42,763 nucleotides of DNA from Lama guanicoe (lineage: Eukaryota), in NCBI GenBank assembly GCA_013239625.1, contig MU053597.1, forward strand, positions 63,664 through 106,426, written 5' to 3'. The first letter of the stretch is position 1. Every line of letters begins with the position of its first letter. Below are positions 11,301 to 25,945 of the stretch, piece after piece. Under the pieces are notes generated by a model. The model was not told the origin of the DNA, searched no databases, and saw only the letters and a program-made list of their open reading frames with translations. A program made the position numbers and the translations under genes.

Positions 11301-11913
11301 CCACACAATGTATGCGAGTCAGATGACTTTAGCAGCCTTGGACAGGGTCATGAAAACTCATGCCAGAGTGAGCAAAACTGTCTCACTCTTTTAGCAACTA
11401 CAGTGTGTAAACTACAGTTGTTTTGTTTTAAAAAATTTAAACAGTATCCCTGTTAGTTTTACTTCTGTGGCAAAATTACCTCTACAGGGAAGCTGACCCC
11501 ATTCCACCATCCTTAAAAACAAATGATTGGCATATGGACAGAGATTCCACCTGCATAATAAAGCTCCATGCTCTGAAGCTTTTTAAAATTAAGAAATCAC
11601 CACTAAAAGGCAAGTTGCGTGAAGGTATATATGTGTCAATTATCTGTCATTACTCTTGACATTTCTGGACATCATGACTAATTTCAAGGCTTCCATGGGG
11701 AAGATGCTCTGGGTTGATCAGAGCCAAGAAAATTAAGTTCAGATGTTAAATTGGATACAGATTAGGTTAGTTTCCAATAGGACCGGACCTAGTGACTCAG
11801 GGTTATTTGGGTACTTGGCTATATTCCCTACTATTTCTCAGAAGAAGCTGCTGCTTCCTCACCAAACGGATCACTATTTCAGGAAGTAATCTTCCCCATA
11901 CCTGCACTCTGTA

Positions 11914-11931
11914 TGTGTGTGTTTGCGTGTG

Positions 11932-11962
<31 letters not shown>
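11914..11962. repeat. (GT)n microsatellite, imperfect
   Basis: GT/GC alternating tract. Confidence 0.95.
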
Positions 11963-12222
11963 ATTTACACCATCCTCATCATTCCCTACCCCTAGATAAA
12001 AATAATGAAAAACAAGAAAATCTTTACATTTATTCTTGGCATTGTTTCAACGTTCTCAACCTTACTTCAACCAGCAAAGAAAAATGTCAGAATGAACACA
12101 TGATGTTACTTTTCAATTATTTTTTAAACTAGGCGCCGAAGTGCCCAGAGAGAGGAAGTATTGTCGTTATCACTGCTGTCACTGTGAGAGAGGATGGGGG
12201 CAGGGCACAGCCATTCAAGAAA

Positions 12223-12774
12223 TGCTACAGCAAGTAACATCAAAATGGTGAAAGATTCAACCCCCAGAAGGCCTTGAGGCTCAAGATGATGGGAGATTTA
12301 ACTTCTAGCAGAACTTGAGCTTCATTATATGCTTATTGTAATATGTTAGCATGGTGAATAACTTGCCTTCAGGTGCCATGGCAGTCCCAATGCTAGCCGC
12401 AAAAGGTCAAAGAGTGGGAAATGGCCAACTTCTTGGGAATCCCAGCTCCTTCCCCAGGCTAGTCAGACTAGTCCTTCCACTTATTAGCATATGAAGCTAC
12501 CAAAGCTCTTAAGAAAGGGCAACACTGCCCCTCACTGCCTCTCTATCTGCCCGCACACTATGGATCTGAGCACCCAACCCCCACACCCTGTGGCCGTTCT
12601 CTTGCCTTTCGATGTATCTCTCTAAATAAATCTACCTTTACTTAACTGTGGCTTGCTCCTGAATTCTTTGCTGTGCGAAGCCAAGGACCCACGCTTGGCG
12701 GGGCCCGTCCCAGGGGCTCAACTGAAGCCTGGGACATGGCCCTCCTCACGCCCCACATCTGTTTTCCTGCATCA
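12223..12774 (+). mobile_element. ERV1-class solo LTR
   Basis: TG...CA ends; AATAAA at ~12625 followed by a U5-like CTGAATTCTTTGCTGTGCGAAGCCAAGGACCC (MER41-like motif). No clear TSD, so boundaries are uncertain. Confidence 0.75.
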
Positions 12775-14369
12775 ACTGCAGGTTTCCTCCTGGAACACTG
12801 AGATTGTTTGCTTCCTGTCCTTAAGATACGGGAGTAAGCACTCCATGTTTTCAAACAAAGTAGACACAGGGAAGCAAAGAAACAGCGCTAGGGAAGGGGA
12901 GAGGAGAAAGTAAATGGAAAAGAAGGAAGAAAATTATAGGCGTGTCCTCGTATCATCAGTAATTTAATTAGGAGTCAACTCTGCTAAGAACATAATGTGC
13001 GCTTTCACCAGAAAAGGAAACAAGGATGAAATGGCATGGGGCCCCCAAAAGCACTAATTTCTTCTAGCCTCTATCCTGAGATTTGAAACTTGCTTCATAA
13101 AGTTCAAGACCTAAAATTTTGTATAGTTGATCAATAATTCACTTCACTTCACTTCACAAAACCACTCTCAGTAATGACCCAGGGATTCAGTCTTCTCTTC
13201 ATGCAGAGACTTTTAATACATGGATTACATTTTATGACCAATAACTCATTAATCTTTGCAATAACCATATTCAGTTAAACATTATTATCTCACATTATGG
13301 GTAAAGTGATTGAGGGGAGTTTTGGACTTGCTGAAGGTCAAACTGAAATCAGTAGCAGAAGTGAGATGAGGTATGAATGTGATTCCATGACTCTAAATCC
13401 TAATTCATGGTATGACTTAGAAAAGGTCAACCTTTTATTTTTAAATTCTTTTTTGGCCTCCCTTAAAACTTGCCCTTATTAGTTACAGCTAAAATGTCAT
13501 CATGCCACTTTAATAAACTGTTAATAAGGAAATCTCAACTTCAATACTAACCATCATTGCAAAGTAAAATTATATTTTTCTCTATGAGTTTTATATTTTA
13601 AAATAGCAACTACAATAAAAATGAGGTCTTATATTTAAAACACATGAAAATCAGTTTAACTTCATCCTATTCTTAAAACTGTTGACTAGGTACTGAAGAA
13701 TTTCTGTATGGAGAGATGCCAGTCTAAATGTGAAGTATGACAGAGAAGGTATAGAGTTGGAGAAATGAAAAAAAAAAAAACCCCAAAAAACAAGATACCA
13801 CGAGTTTCTTTCAAACCTTAAAAAAACTGCGTAACAGTTTTTCTCACTGATGAAATGAGCTCTTTACATATAAATTATATTGTAATAACAGGGCTCCTGG
13901 GTAGAAAAGAGTTCCTTCTCCTGCTGGCAAAAATTAAAATAATCACAGATGGCAATGATCAAAAATACTGACTGACAGCTCTGAAGGATAAGACAGAGAA
14001 TATTCTCAGGGTTTCTTAAGCCAACACTCAAAGCTGGTTTAAGAAACCTACAGAGCTTTTTCCCACTGGATAAGCATATACAGGGGAGCTCTTACTCGAT
14101 TTTGGAAAGTACTGTATAGTCCCACAGAGCTCATTCAAGAAAGTTGATGGCAGCCCTTGTCCTTATGTTTACATTAGTACTGGGGGCAAAACCTAAGAAT
14201 TCATCAGGGAAAGGCAGCCCATAGCGATTTCTAAAATGGTACTGAAAACTTTTATAATTCAGGTCAGGAACCTAGTCTCTTATTTTAAAATATAGGTGGG
14301 AAAAAGGAGGATCTGCCCAGCAGAATTAGCAAAGCCTTTAAAAAAAAAAAAAGGGCCAATATTAATAAT

Positions 14370-14600
14370 AACAACTACTAACATTTAGTAGGTATCTAAA
14401 ACTCTTTTAAGCATGTTACTTATTTACATCATTTAGTTTTAACAAACAGCCCTGTGAAATACCTCACATTATTATTCACTTTTTTTTTGATGAAACAGAG
14501 TGTAAAAAGTTCAAAAACATGGCCAAGGTCATACTGCAACTGATAAACAGTAAAGCAGGGGCTCAGACTGGCTTCTAAGCCCAGTGCTTAATTCCAATAC
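14370..14600. mobile_element. MIR SINE relic
   Basis: ACAGCCCTGTGAAAT...GATGAAACAGAG...CCAAGGTCATACTGC...CCCAGTGCTTAA. Confidence 0.65.
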
Positions 14601-14822
14601 AGCTATTGCATTAATTACACGATTCGGATATAAATTCAACAGCATCTTTGATAAGACCAACAAGAAAATGTCACAGTCTGGACAACCTGAAAAAAATTTG
14701 AGAGACCATTTGCTCTCACAACCACCCAACGTAACAAGTATGGTATTACTAGATCTAACAATGATTAAAAAGTGACTTAGCATTTAATCATATTCATTTA
14801 TTTACTTATTCATCTGTAAAAT

Positions 14823-14882
14823 CAAAAAGTGACTAATATATTAAATACCAACAAAAACTGACTAATATATTAAATACCAACA
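14823..14882. repeat. Tandem duplication, 2 x 29 bp
   Basis: CAAAAA(G/C)TGACTAATATATTAAATACCAA twice. Confidence 0.92.
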
Positions 14883-16349
14883 TGTTCTGGTTTTTGGAAA
14901 TCCAAATACACATATGTCACAATGTCCCTGCCTTTTTAATGCTTATAATCTAAGTGGAGACATACATGGTATGTATGTATCATACATTTGGTGGCTCATG
15001 CAAGCTGTGTGTGCCACAGGTTACAGGCACTCAGTGGAGAGAGTAATTCTTTCTACCTGGGGCACAGTTATCAGAGAAGGCGTCACATACAGGTAAGGGC
15101 AAGACAAGGCCATCACTTAGAGGAAAAGGTTTTGAGGGATGGGTGGATCTTTGTGACAGAGGAGAAGGTTGAAAAAGGATTATCTTGGCACCTGTAGTAG
15201 TTCTACACATGCTGATTGAATTAATAATCTATGTATCTCACTTGGCAAGTTATAATCATAAATATACAAATTCCTTTGTAAATACAGTCACGTTAACAAA
15301 ACAAATGTGGAATTTCATAAGCAGGAATCCTTTTTAAAGTAATTTTTTAGAGGGCTGTTACAAAGGGCTTTGGGAAGCAAAGCAAAAATTTAGGGAGAAA
15401 ACTTACTGTTCTTAGTACTGGCTGAAAGAAGTTACAAATTAGTCACCATTCAAATGGCTGCTTTTTGACATTCCTGCCAGAACTGCTTACAATGTGCGAT
15501 TTCTTCATTTGGATGTTACTTATTCAGACTCAAACATTTCCAAGTCAACTCACTGTACTTCACAATATGCTGAAATGAGTATAAGTATTAAAAGCACGCC
15601 TGAGGCGACAGAAACTTTGAGGCTCATTTCCATTTCTTCAAGTGTATTTGATGAATGATGTGACAAAGGAATCCTAATTAAGGTTGAAATCCTGAATACT
15701 AAATAAATGAGAAGTGCCACTCCATTCATCTTCCACAGTGATAATACTGCCACTTCTGCTTCTCTGTAGCCTGGCCCTTGACTTTTTAGGAAACCGTTCC
15801 TGTGTATGTTCTTCCTCTATCACTTTGGCTGAGAGTAGTTTTAGTCAAGCCAAAAATCTGAGAGGTCTGTCTCTCTTTGTCCTTTTTCTTCTCACTGACT
15901 CATCTGTAGCAAAAGCAAACTTTTTTTTTTTTTACATTTAATCTCAAAAATCGCTTTACTTCTAATAGGACAGTTCCTGTTTCTCCTCACATTACAATAT
16001 CTCAAGGCAAAATTATAAGATGACTCTTAACTTCTAAGAAATAAAACATAAAGCAGTTAGGATAGTTTTAGTAAAAGTTAGCTATTTCATACCATATTCA
16101 TTGTTACTATTATTATTCATATTATTATTATGAGGCAACATGTAACAATGCAAATTATTTCATTTCTCAATCACTGGGGAACCTTAGGCAAGTTACTTAA
16201 TATCAACCTAACTCTACTAATCTTGATTTTGAAACTCTTCTGCCAACCATGGAAGAAAACCCATTGGTCCTAATGTTTTGGTTGAATTCTATTCATTTTA
16301 TTTTGAATATTTTCACTAAAAGTGAGATTGTCCTCTGGGATAATTCAGC

Positions 16350-16530
16350 CTAGAGAAATAAAAATTTACATTCACAAGAAAGCAACAAATGCAAATGCTT
16401 ATAGCACCTATGGTCGGAATCATAGCCATTAAATGCTGGATCAGACACTAATGTCCTTCAAAGGGTGAATGGATACACAAATGATGACCCATCTATAAAA
16501 TGAGATACTATTCAGCATTAAACAGGATGA
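16350..16530 (+). mobile_element. Old L1 3'-UTR relic
   Basis: AATGTCCTTCAAAGGGTGAATGGATACAC...GATACTATTCAGCATTAAACAGGATGAG. Confidence 0.6.
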
Positions 16531-16869
16531 GACATTCTAAATATTTGATTCATTTTAAACTAGCGTAAATACAGCTATAAACTCTTATACTTGATTCAGT
16601 TACTGAAATATTTCAAGGTATGTTTTGACAACCTGGCTCTGTTAATCTTCACTTACAAATGTAAATCTTAAGAAATCTCAATACAGATCATGTACACATG
16701 ATCAGATTTAACTTTTGAATGAGATAACCTATAACTGTAAAATGCACTGTATTTCAAGAAGAAAAGGAGATGACATATCTTATTCATCCTCTGATGTGGG
16801 TTACATTTTAAAATGACAATATTTGAGATTCCATAAAAATGTTACCAAGAAAACACAAGAAAATGAAAC

Positions 16870-17360
16870 TGTCTTTATTGCCTATTCTTTCTGTTTTAGT
16901 CAGGTTCCAGTTTTGAAATTGTATTGACTTCATAAAATAAATTTGAAGGCTTTCCAGTTTTGGTCTGAAATAATTGCAATAATTTTGAAATTCTCTGTCC
17001 TTTAAAATGAAATAGAACTTGACTGGAAATTCATCTGATCTTGGTGCCCTTCACCAATTTGTATGGTGGTAATAGATCCATTCCAATTTTTACTTTCTGG
17101 TTAGGTCAATATTGATCATTTGCATTTAAATAGAAAATCAGATGTTTCTCAGGGTTTTCAAATTGCCATGGGTTTGCAGGTAATGTTCAAACATACGTTT
17201 TTTAAGTTTGTCTGTATTAGAGGTGTTTGCTTTTACATTCCAAAATTTTTTGTTTTTCCCCTCTCTCCTCTTGTTTAAAACCATGTTCAAGACATGTTTA
17301 TTTATTTTATTGGTCCTTTCAAATACCCAACATTTGGATATAGTTAATACTTTTGTTTTA
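16870..17360 (-). mobile_element. Old L1 ORF2 relic, antisense
   Basis: The minus ORF fragment ISKCWVFERTNKINK resembles L1 ORF2 KSWFFEKINKIDK. Confidence 0.65.
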
Positions 17361-20029
17361 TTTATTTCTTCAGCAAACACTTATATTGCATTTATTCTGT
17401 GCTAAAGACTGCTTTAAGCACTTTACAAATACTAACTTTTTAAATTTTTTATAATAATCCCAAGAGATTCTTTATAATAATCCCAATGAGAATCATTCTT
17501 CTCATTTATTGGTAAGGAAGCAGAAGCACCAGGACATTTTGGATTTCTCTGTTAGCATCATGCTTTGCCGTTAATGATTTTTGACAAGACCAGTGTCTTA
17601 AATGCTTTACAGACTTCGAGATGTTTCTTCTACACACCTCTCTGCACCACTAATTTCACTCCACTCTCTTCAGCAGCCATCTTTTTCTTTGTTTACTAAC
17701 TTTTGAAAATTAAACAATTACAGTAGTTAGGTCCAGAATGATGGTTCCATGTTTTCCTTGGCACTTAAGTTCATTTATTGTCTGTTCTGTTTTTCCTCTG
17801 TCTCTTCCAATTGGCTCTCTGTGGTAGCTGAGTTTCCTCTCAGGCAACTAAGCTCCTTATTTGTGTTGATACTTGTTGCTGCTCTTGATGCTGTCATTGT
17901 CATTGCCTTCTGAGACTGAGTTATGCTAATTGGGAACATCTTTGATGAGGGTGTCTCTGAAATGATGGAAGGAGATGGTCCCCTCTCCCTTCCTCAGCTG
18001 CCTATCATCCTCGGTCCCTAGCCCACTCTGGCTGGAGAGACCCTGCCAGGTCTGATGCTCCTTCTACTCTCCTAGTCTTGAAAACAGGGAGTGCCAGCAC
18101 ACAAAATCAGCTCCTGATCAGTCTCTTGAGTTCCTAGGGGACTACACATTTTTATGGAGGGCAGTATACATCAGGGTGTGTGTTGTGTGCGTGAGAGAGA
18201 CGGAGGGTGGTTTGGATTTGGTGGTCCTCAAAGCTTTGAGCACCTACCTCTTCTAGTGCTATACTTAGATCCAAATGTTGGAGCTTCTCACAGACCACTG
18301 TCTCTAGACTTTCCGCTGTAAGGTGAAAGCCCCAAACTCCCCATCCCCACACCAGCGGCCTCTAGGACGACCATGTATCTTGGGTTGACCAGATCCACCT
18401 AGTTCAGTAGTGGCAGACAGTCAGATATGGGAGCATAGCAAATACATTCAGAACAGGCTGCCATATTTCCAGAATCTTTCTTCTCTTTTTAATAAATCTT
18501 AGGAAACACAATAAAAATGTCTTTATAATATCATGAATCCAGAAGACCACAATATCAACAAAATCCGGAAAGTGGTAAAAGAGATGGAAGTAAAAGAATA
18601 CTAATTTCCTTCTTTAGCATAAGAGAGAATCAACAAATATAAAATCATTCATGATATTGATAATTAAAGAAACAAAGAATATGGTTTTTAATTTTAAAGA
18701 AAAACACTACTAGATTTTTTTAATGAGGATATTCAAATTTCTACATAAAAATTTCAAAAAAAAAAAAACAAACCCAGGTATTTTTCAATTTCAGGAAAAT
18801 CAGTCATTGGTCCCTGGTATGGGACTACTACTCAACAGAAGTATAAGAATTATACTGGCCCTACCAGTAATAGGCAATTATTATGGATTTAATTTTTTCT
18901 TTCTTTTTTTTTTCTCCATGTCCTTGCCAATACTGTCATCCCAGGACTTAAGTGAATATCATATCCCCAGCACAGAATTTTCACTTAACATTGGCTATGA
19001 TTAAGGAGTACACTTCACAACAGAAGAGGAGAGAAAATGAAGTAGGAAAATAAAGGAAGAGACACGGTAGCAAATTAGGTTTTACATAAGAAGGATATAA
19101 AAAGGGATTAAAGCTACTAATAGTTTAAATTATAGCCACTGAACCTATCACTTAAACAAATCAGGGTAGTATATACCTTTTGTGGGTTTTCATTTTTTAA
19201 TTGGATTATTTCATAGGGCTATACTGTACACATGGATATAAAGAGTTAAATGCTACGTGTCAAAGACCATTGTCCTAGACATGTCAATCATAACAAAGCT
19301 CATGTCAAAGGAAATAGAAGAAGGAGCACTTTTCACAATCCTCTGAGACGTGAACCTAAAGGAGCCATGTGACCCTGACCTCCCCACACACTCTGGGTGA
19401 GGGGTGAGTACTCGGCACAGAAGAAGTCAATCTACAGGCAAGCTAGCTACCCACGAGGAGGTCTGAAGAAAGGGAAAAAAAGAAAAAGACAGTAATTCTC
19501 TGAGCCAATCAGAAAGCCTATTTCAGGAATCAGAGGAGTATTAGCCCTGTAGGTAATGAGAAGAGAAGCAGAAATAGGAAAACAGGCACATAAAGAGATT
19601 ATCATGGAGACACAACAGGTAAGGGTGAAACTTCCTTTGTATTTAATTATGTAGGTGTTGGAACCCCAAAGCAAAGAGTCACAAACTTCTGAAATCCAAG
19701 AATTGTCTTGAATTATGAATGACCATTGGCAAGTTCCCTCTATATTATAGTTCTCATGCTTCAGTACATCAGATTTTCTTATCTAGTGTTAATAAATTTC
19801 CTTCATTATTGAAGAAAACGGTTTCTGAATTCTTTCAATTTGAATTAAAACAGAGAGGAAGGAGAAGCAACAAGGAAGCATAAAAGTGGAAATAAAATAT
19901 ATAACAGAGTAAAGAGAGAGCCAGCTACTGAGGGGGTCAGCTCAGGAAGACAGAAGTGCGTGCACGAGCCTGGTGGGTGGGGCTCCAAGGGCTCCTGGCA
20001 GCCTTCAGCGTTAATTACATGAACACTGA

Positions 20030-20360
20030 GGGAATGGAGTGACATCTGCTTGCTTTGGTTGATAGAATGCAGCAGAAGTGATGGTCAGTTCCCAATTCAG
20101 GTCCCCAAAAGCCCCTTGTGATTTGTGCTCTCTCCTGGAACCTGCCCAGCTGCCATGTGAACCCTCAGGATAGCCTAGAGCGTGAGAGACTGACTACCTG
20201 GAAGATGAGTGATCAGTCATCACAGCTGAGACCATCCTAAACCAGCCAACCCTCGGCCCACTGGATGGCTGATGCAAAAGCACCAGCAGCCTATCCAAAA
20301 TTATCTGGACCTGTCTCAGAACGACAGAGCCACTCAAGAGTTAAATCAATGGTTGTTGCT
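20030..20360. mobile_element. MaLR (MLT1-like) LTR relic
   Basis: TTGCTTTGG..ATAGAATGCAGCAGAAGTGATG...CAGCTGCCATGTGA...AATGGTTGTTG. Confidence 0.65.
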
Positions 20361-20374
20361 TCAGGCAAAAAAAG

Positions 20375-20407
<33 letters not shown>

Positions 20408-20780
20408 AACCTACAAAAGAGATCAATAAATGTCAATGGGTTAGCCACTTGAATCAAATGTAAAAAGCAACATATCTCACATAAATCAAAATTCTGAGCT
20501 GAGAATCCTTACATGATAGTAATGACTTACTAGGTAATGTGAGATGGGGACCCACAGGATATTTTAAAATTCAGTTTCCAATAACACAGTGTACCCACAA
20601 TCAGCAATGAGACATAGATATAGGAGAAAGAAAATGTGACATGAAGATGTAAGGAATTGGCAACAACTTCTCTGAGCAAAATCTGTGGACTCCTGAATGC
20701 CTTAGCAGCAGAACTGCGCATGGGCAGGTCCTGCAAAGTAGTAGCTACTGTCCCCAGTCAAAGAGCAACTTCCTCTCTGG

Positions 20781-21368
20781 TGTTGTTAGGTGCACTTGAA
20801 ACCAAGCAGGGCCCTTCAGGGCCCTCTGGGGTACAAAACCCCCTCTGTGTCCTCCTGTTTCTTGCTTGAAGGGGAAAAAAAGGCTTTAGTCCCCTAGTCC
20901 TTCCCCAAGTTCCAAAGAACAGGCTCAAGCAGTTAATGATCATGACAACAGAGTCAGAGGACTCCTCGTTCCTCCTGAAGGAGTGTAGATAACAATCTGA
21001 CGCATATCTTTCAGTTGCTCTGCAGAAAGTAAGACGCCCACTTAGGGGGAGGATGGTAACTATAAGCTGACTTGGACACCAAGCTGGCTGGAAACAGGAG
21101 GCTGAGATTCCAGAAACATCATCCTATTACCTCACCAGCAACAAGTCAGAAGATGGCCCATTAACTGACTGTATCCTGCGACCCTCTCCCTAACACTGTC
21201 TTTAAAATCCTTGACTGAAAGCCATTGGGGAGTTCAGGCCTCTTGAGCACAAACCACCCATTCTCCTTGCTTGGCCCTTGCAATAAACCTTTCTCTGCTC
21301 CAAACATAGACGTTCAAGTTTGTTCAGCCTCACTGTGCATCACGCATCCGAACTTGGGTTCAACAACA
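20781..21368 (+). mobile_element. Solo LTR (ERV)
   Basis: Inverted termini TGTTGTT...AACAACA; AATAAA at ~21282; flanked by CTCTGG / CTCTGA (near-perfect TSD). Confidence 0.85.
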
Positions 21369-24300
21369 CTCTGAGCAGGAACTGTTTTTTTGAGCACTGG
21401 TGACACACACACAGTCATCACCATGAGTAGGATATTTTTAAACATACCATAAAGAAGCAATGAGAAATGTTAATTCAAAGGGAAATGAAACATTTTTCAA
21501 TTACTGCTAATCATCTTTCGAAATACACTTCACATTTCTTTCTCTTACCCTTTTCTTTATATGTATAGTGGAGTGTAGGGGATGGTTAAAAAAAAAAAAA
21601 GATTGGCATAAGAAAACCTTTCCCAATTAACCCATTATCTGTTTTGACTTTTGCTGGGGAGGCGAGAGAGAGAGAGGCAGTGGCGGGGAGGGAGGCAGAT
21701 AGAAAGAACAGGATTGGGAGGATCCAGAACACCTTCGTGGACTCAAGAAAATTCATAGGATTGGGAGCCCTTTGTCTCTTGAAAGAACCAAGGAAGGCCT
21801 TAGTAATCGCTAGGTTTGAGGATTGTCTTACCTTTGCTCAGTTTCAAGACTAGCATTGATATGAAATGCTGCTTTCACATCTGATGTGGAAAAGAATATT
21901 GAACTGTACGTAAATGTGAAACTTTTGAGCCTGCACCATCTGGAGCATTATAATATTTGAAGTGATTTACACAAGAAACAGAAAAAGAAAGACAGAATCC
22001 ACATGAAATAATGCCCTTAAATTTTTTTAACTAGATTAACAGAATGTATTTACTGCCTCCAAATCATACTTAGATTGCGACTAAAACGTATCTCCTTATA
22101 TTCTCTGTTGTTGTAATGATCACCAAAGTGAATCAAGGTTTGAGGGATGGGGGTGTCATATGATGTTTGCTTTATGGCATTACTTGTCATCTGACTACCT
22201 CATACTCTACTATAAGTTTTCCCTCTCCCTGTTTACCCAATACGTATGCAATTGAGCCTGCCGAATGCCATAAAGTGTGCTAGGATTTGGGAAGCCAAGA
22301 GTGAGTATTTCCAGACAATGGACCGTACCTTTGGTGGATGAGAAATTAGTGAATAAAACAGGCATTAACCAACTATTCCCTCAATTACACACAACATACA
22401 CTAAGAAAGAGTTGTACGTGGTGCTATCATAACAAATATTAGATGGAAAGGCCCTACTGAGAAGTCACTGGAGGCTTTCCCAAACTGATGCTTATTATGT
22501 TAAAACTACTCTCTAGGTCTTATTATCCCTGTATCGTTCTACCAACAGAGCATATCAGAGCCAGGTTAAGCCTTAAGTCAGATGTTGCCACTGTTGTTAT
22601 AAAACAGTAAAACCATGTGAATGGACACATGTCAGCTGTATCAGAAGCCACATGTCAGCTCGCAAGTGCAGGCCCCCAAAGCCGTCACTTATTTTTATAA
22701 GAAATGCAGTGAAGACCGTAATTACTGATGTCAAATATTTCATCAAAATGATATGGTGATTGAACAAAGAGCATCAGTTTAGTAAACTGGAAAATTCTGT
22801 AAAATATTCTGGGGGTTCATTCTCCCTCTTGATGTGGAAACTTCCAGAAGCATGCTATGTGATCCCAATCCAGGGAGCATTTAAGTTTCCAATGAATGAT
22901 TATAATTGTTTCAAATTGATTTCCCCTAAACCATGCGTAGGTGTGCAGATGTATCAAGTAATTATCAATTTTAAGACTTAAATTCCTAGCTGGAACTCCA
23001 GAACTCTAGTGTGCTTCAAAGGAGGCTGGTCCAGAGGCTCAGGGAAGCATAAGGAACTCAGTTTCTGTTCCACTATCTTTTGTCCTCTTCTCCATATTTG
23101 CTTCTTCCCAAGGTTGGCTCTCTGTGTTACTTTAGGCTCTCTTTTAGGAGTCATTGAAGCTTTATATTCTCTCCTTTAGTTCCCAATGGAAAGGTAGTTT
23201 TTCTGCCTCCTAATAACAGGCAAGAGTCCCTGGAATCACCTTAACTCGATCAGGTCACACGCTACTGACTGTCCTGGGGAAAGGGATGTGTGGACCGGTT
23301 TAAGGCGTAAAGCCCACCTCCATAAATGTAGATGTTGTCCAAGGAAGATGAAAGCCTGAAGGGAAACCTGGGTGCCATTAGAAAAGAGGGAGCGGCAGGA
23401 CAGATTCCAGGTAGGAATTCAGCAACAGCCATTACACCAAAGAAAGGATCTGCTCTCAAGAGCAAAGAAAGGGAGAACTCAAGTGGTCTGTTAGGACACT
23501 TTCATCCATCATCTCCCTAGGTTACCGAATATTCCCACACAAGGGGGAGCCAAAGCTAACAGTTACATCTACCGCTGCCTCGCTGGATACCTTTCTTAAA
23601 TCCCTATCTGACAAAGCTTAGTGGTAGTCAATGCTGTATTCAAAAGACCCAGTTAATGAGTGTCACTGGCAGTTCTGAATGGGGAAATGTTCGGCCAACT
23701 TTTCAGGAACTATACAGTGGAATCTGTAGGGTATCCAATGTCATTATTTGTGGAGATTTGAAGAATGCATCCTGCACCTGGCAGAGACCAGGCATCTATC
23801 CATTGCAGTGTTGCATTCCCAAGGAGTAGTTGAGTGAGTAGCCTTGGGATGTCCTCAGATTCCAAGGAAGTCCAGGACAGTTTACAAGTAATACCTTGCC
23901 TACATCTAATAGACAGTATTCCTATGGCAACCGTTATCACACGGTTAAGACTAAGAAATCTTCATTTTACTAAAAATGAGTTAAATATATCTTTTATAAA
24001 TGGCACATGAGAAAGTGGGAAAATTATCACCCATGATCCCAGATGGAGAACAAGTCTTTTAAATAGTAATCTCTCCTGCGAGCAACAGGCAAGTGGACAT
24101 TATTTAACTATGCTGCTAAGTTGACTGAGGCTCAAAGAGGTACAGTAACTTGCTCTGAGTGACAGATAGTCCACAATAACCCGGGGACCAGACTTCAGGA
24201 TGAAGCTGACATTGTGGAGGGAGCAGAGAGAAGCATGAGAAAGAAATCGAGCTAGCTCCACCTGGCTCCAAATTCCATGCTCATGTTAATACACCACACA

Positions 24301-25584
24301 CATAAATGTTTTGCTCATTTCCTAGTTAGATCAACAAAATAGATCTTTTAAATAATGTGTCTGCAATTGTATCCTCTAGACGTAATCAGCCACTTATTAA
24401 CCTTAAACATAACAACACATTATCACGATTTTGTTTCAGCTGGTTCATTTGCAAAACAATAGGGAAGATCCTACCCAACATGTAAGAATTTATTCCTCAG
24501 TTACTGGCACTGAATAAATACAGCGACCTTCATGGGAAATGTCAGGGCCCTGGGAAGGAACTGCAGGATGCTGGGAAGGAAGAAGTCGGGATTGAAGGGC
24601 TCATGAGGAAGTCAGAGCCTTACGCATAGTGGGTCAACCCTTAGGCATAAACTGACACCAGTCAGAGGCAGACTCGGAGCTCAGGGTGAAGGTCAGTTTG
24701 GTTTCCTCCAGTGCGTTATTCTGCAGTGCTAAATGTAAGAGTGAAAGAATTACATACTTGGAGGTTTGGTCCTTGAGCATCCATGTTAGTCAGTCTCCTT
24801 CTGGTACCTACAGGGAAACTGATGCTCTATTAAGTAGGACATAAACTCTCCAGGGATGACTTAATTCTCACAATCAATCAGGAAAATTTCTTTCAAGTCC
24901 GACCAGAAAACAAGTTGCTTACTTTCCAGATCATATCCTTGATATCTTTTCTGTTGTTGCTGGCTCAGACTGAGAGCAACACTCTAAAGCCATTGGCTTT
25001 AAAAAGCAAACATCTATCTTGTAACTAATTGAAAGCCACTGGTCTTTGTGGCGGGCCTTTCTCCAGACCATGGTACTTAAAAAAAGAAAAGAAAAGTACA
25101 ACAAAAATAGTAGGCTCAGCCCGAGGCCCAGCACCTATTTTGCCCTTGGAGAGCTACTAAAAATGAATCAGGCACATTTAATTCCCTTCCTACTAATTTC
25201 CTCTGATTCAGCTAGAAGGTGTGCACTATTAGAATGGTGACTTTATATCCTCAGATTCCATCCTGCACCGGAGAAAAGTTTGGAAACTCATTCAAGCATG
25301 TTGTTTTAAAAGAGGGGGGTTCTATACAGTGCACGGAGGATAAAGGGGAAAGGGGAGACACACACAGCACCACACAAGGTACAGAATCCTTGCTGACCAC
25401 CGCGTAAGACACAGGAATAATAGATATTGAGACATTCTTGGAAGATCCTACATGAGTAACAGATACATACTGGTCTATAGCTTTTGACCTTGCTGGCAGG
25501 CTCTTTTTCTAGTGTTCTCTTTCCTGCTCTCCTCCAGACAAACTGACTTTTCTGCTGTAATGCTATTATGATATGCTTTGCATT

Positions 25585-25945
25585 AGATAGTTCCTCTGCC
25601 TGGAATGTTCTTCCCTCAGATATCTACTTTCCAACTCTCTGACATCCTTCAAGTGTTTGTTCAAATCTCACCCCAGTGAGGTGGATCCCAATCACCTCTC
25701 TTCCTGACCAATTCCCAGGTATGTTCCAGTCCTCGAAACATGTTTTACCTTTTCTTTATTCCATAGCACTTATCACCATCTGACTTCTTATAATTTATAT
25801 GTTTATTATGTTTACTGTTCATTTACTATCTCTTCCTGCTGGAAGGTAAGCTTCATAAGGGCAATTATCTTTCAATATTCTTTTCACTGATGTTACCTGC
25901 AACAGTCAGGTACATAGGAGGCACTCAGTTATTATTTGCTGAAAC
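25585..25945. mobile_element. L2 3' end relic
   Basis: GTTCCTCTGCCTGGAATGTTCTTCCC...CCATAGCACTTATCACCATCTGAC...ACATAGGAGGCACTCAG..ATTTGCTGAA. Confidence 0.8.

Noticed and set aside
13137..13157. (TTCAC)4 as an IRF/ISRE element
   Set aside because: The pentamer period does not fit the GAAANNGAAA spacing; likely a simple microsatellite.
17448..17492. Short ~24-bp tandem duplication (also one at ~34883-34930)
   Set aside because: Ordinary slippage events inside MIR and L1 relics.
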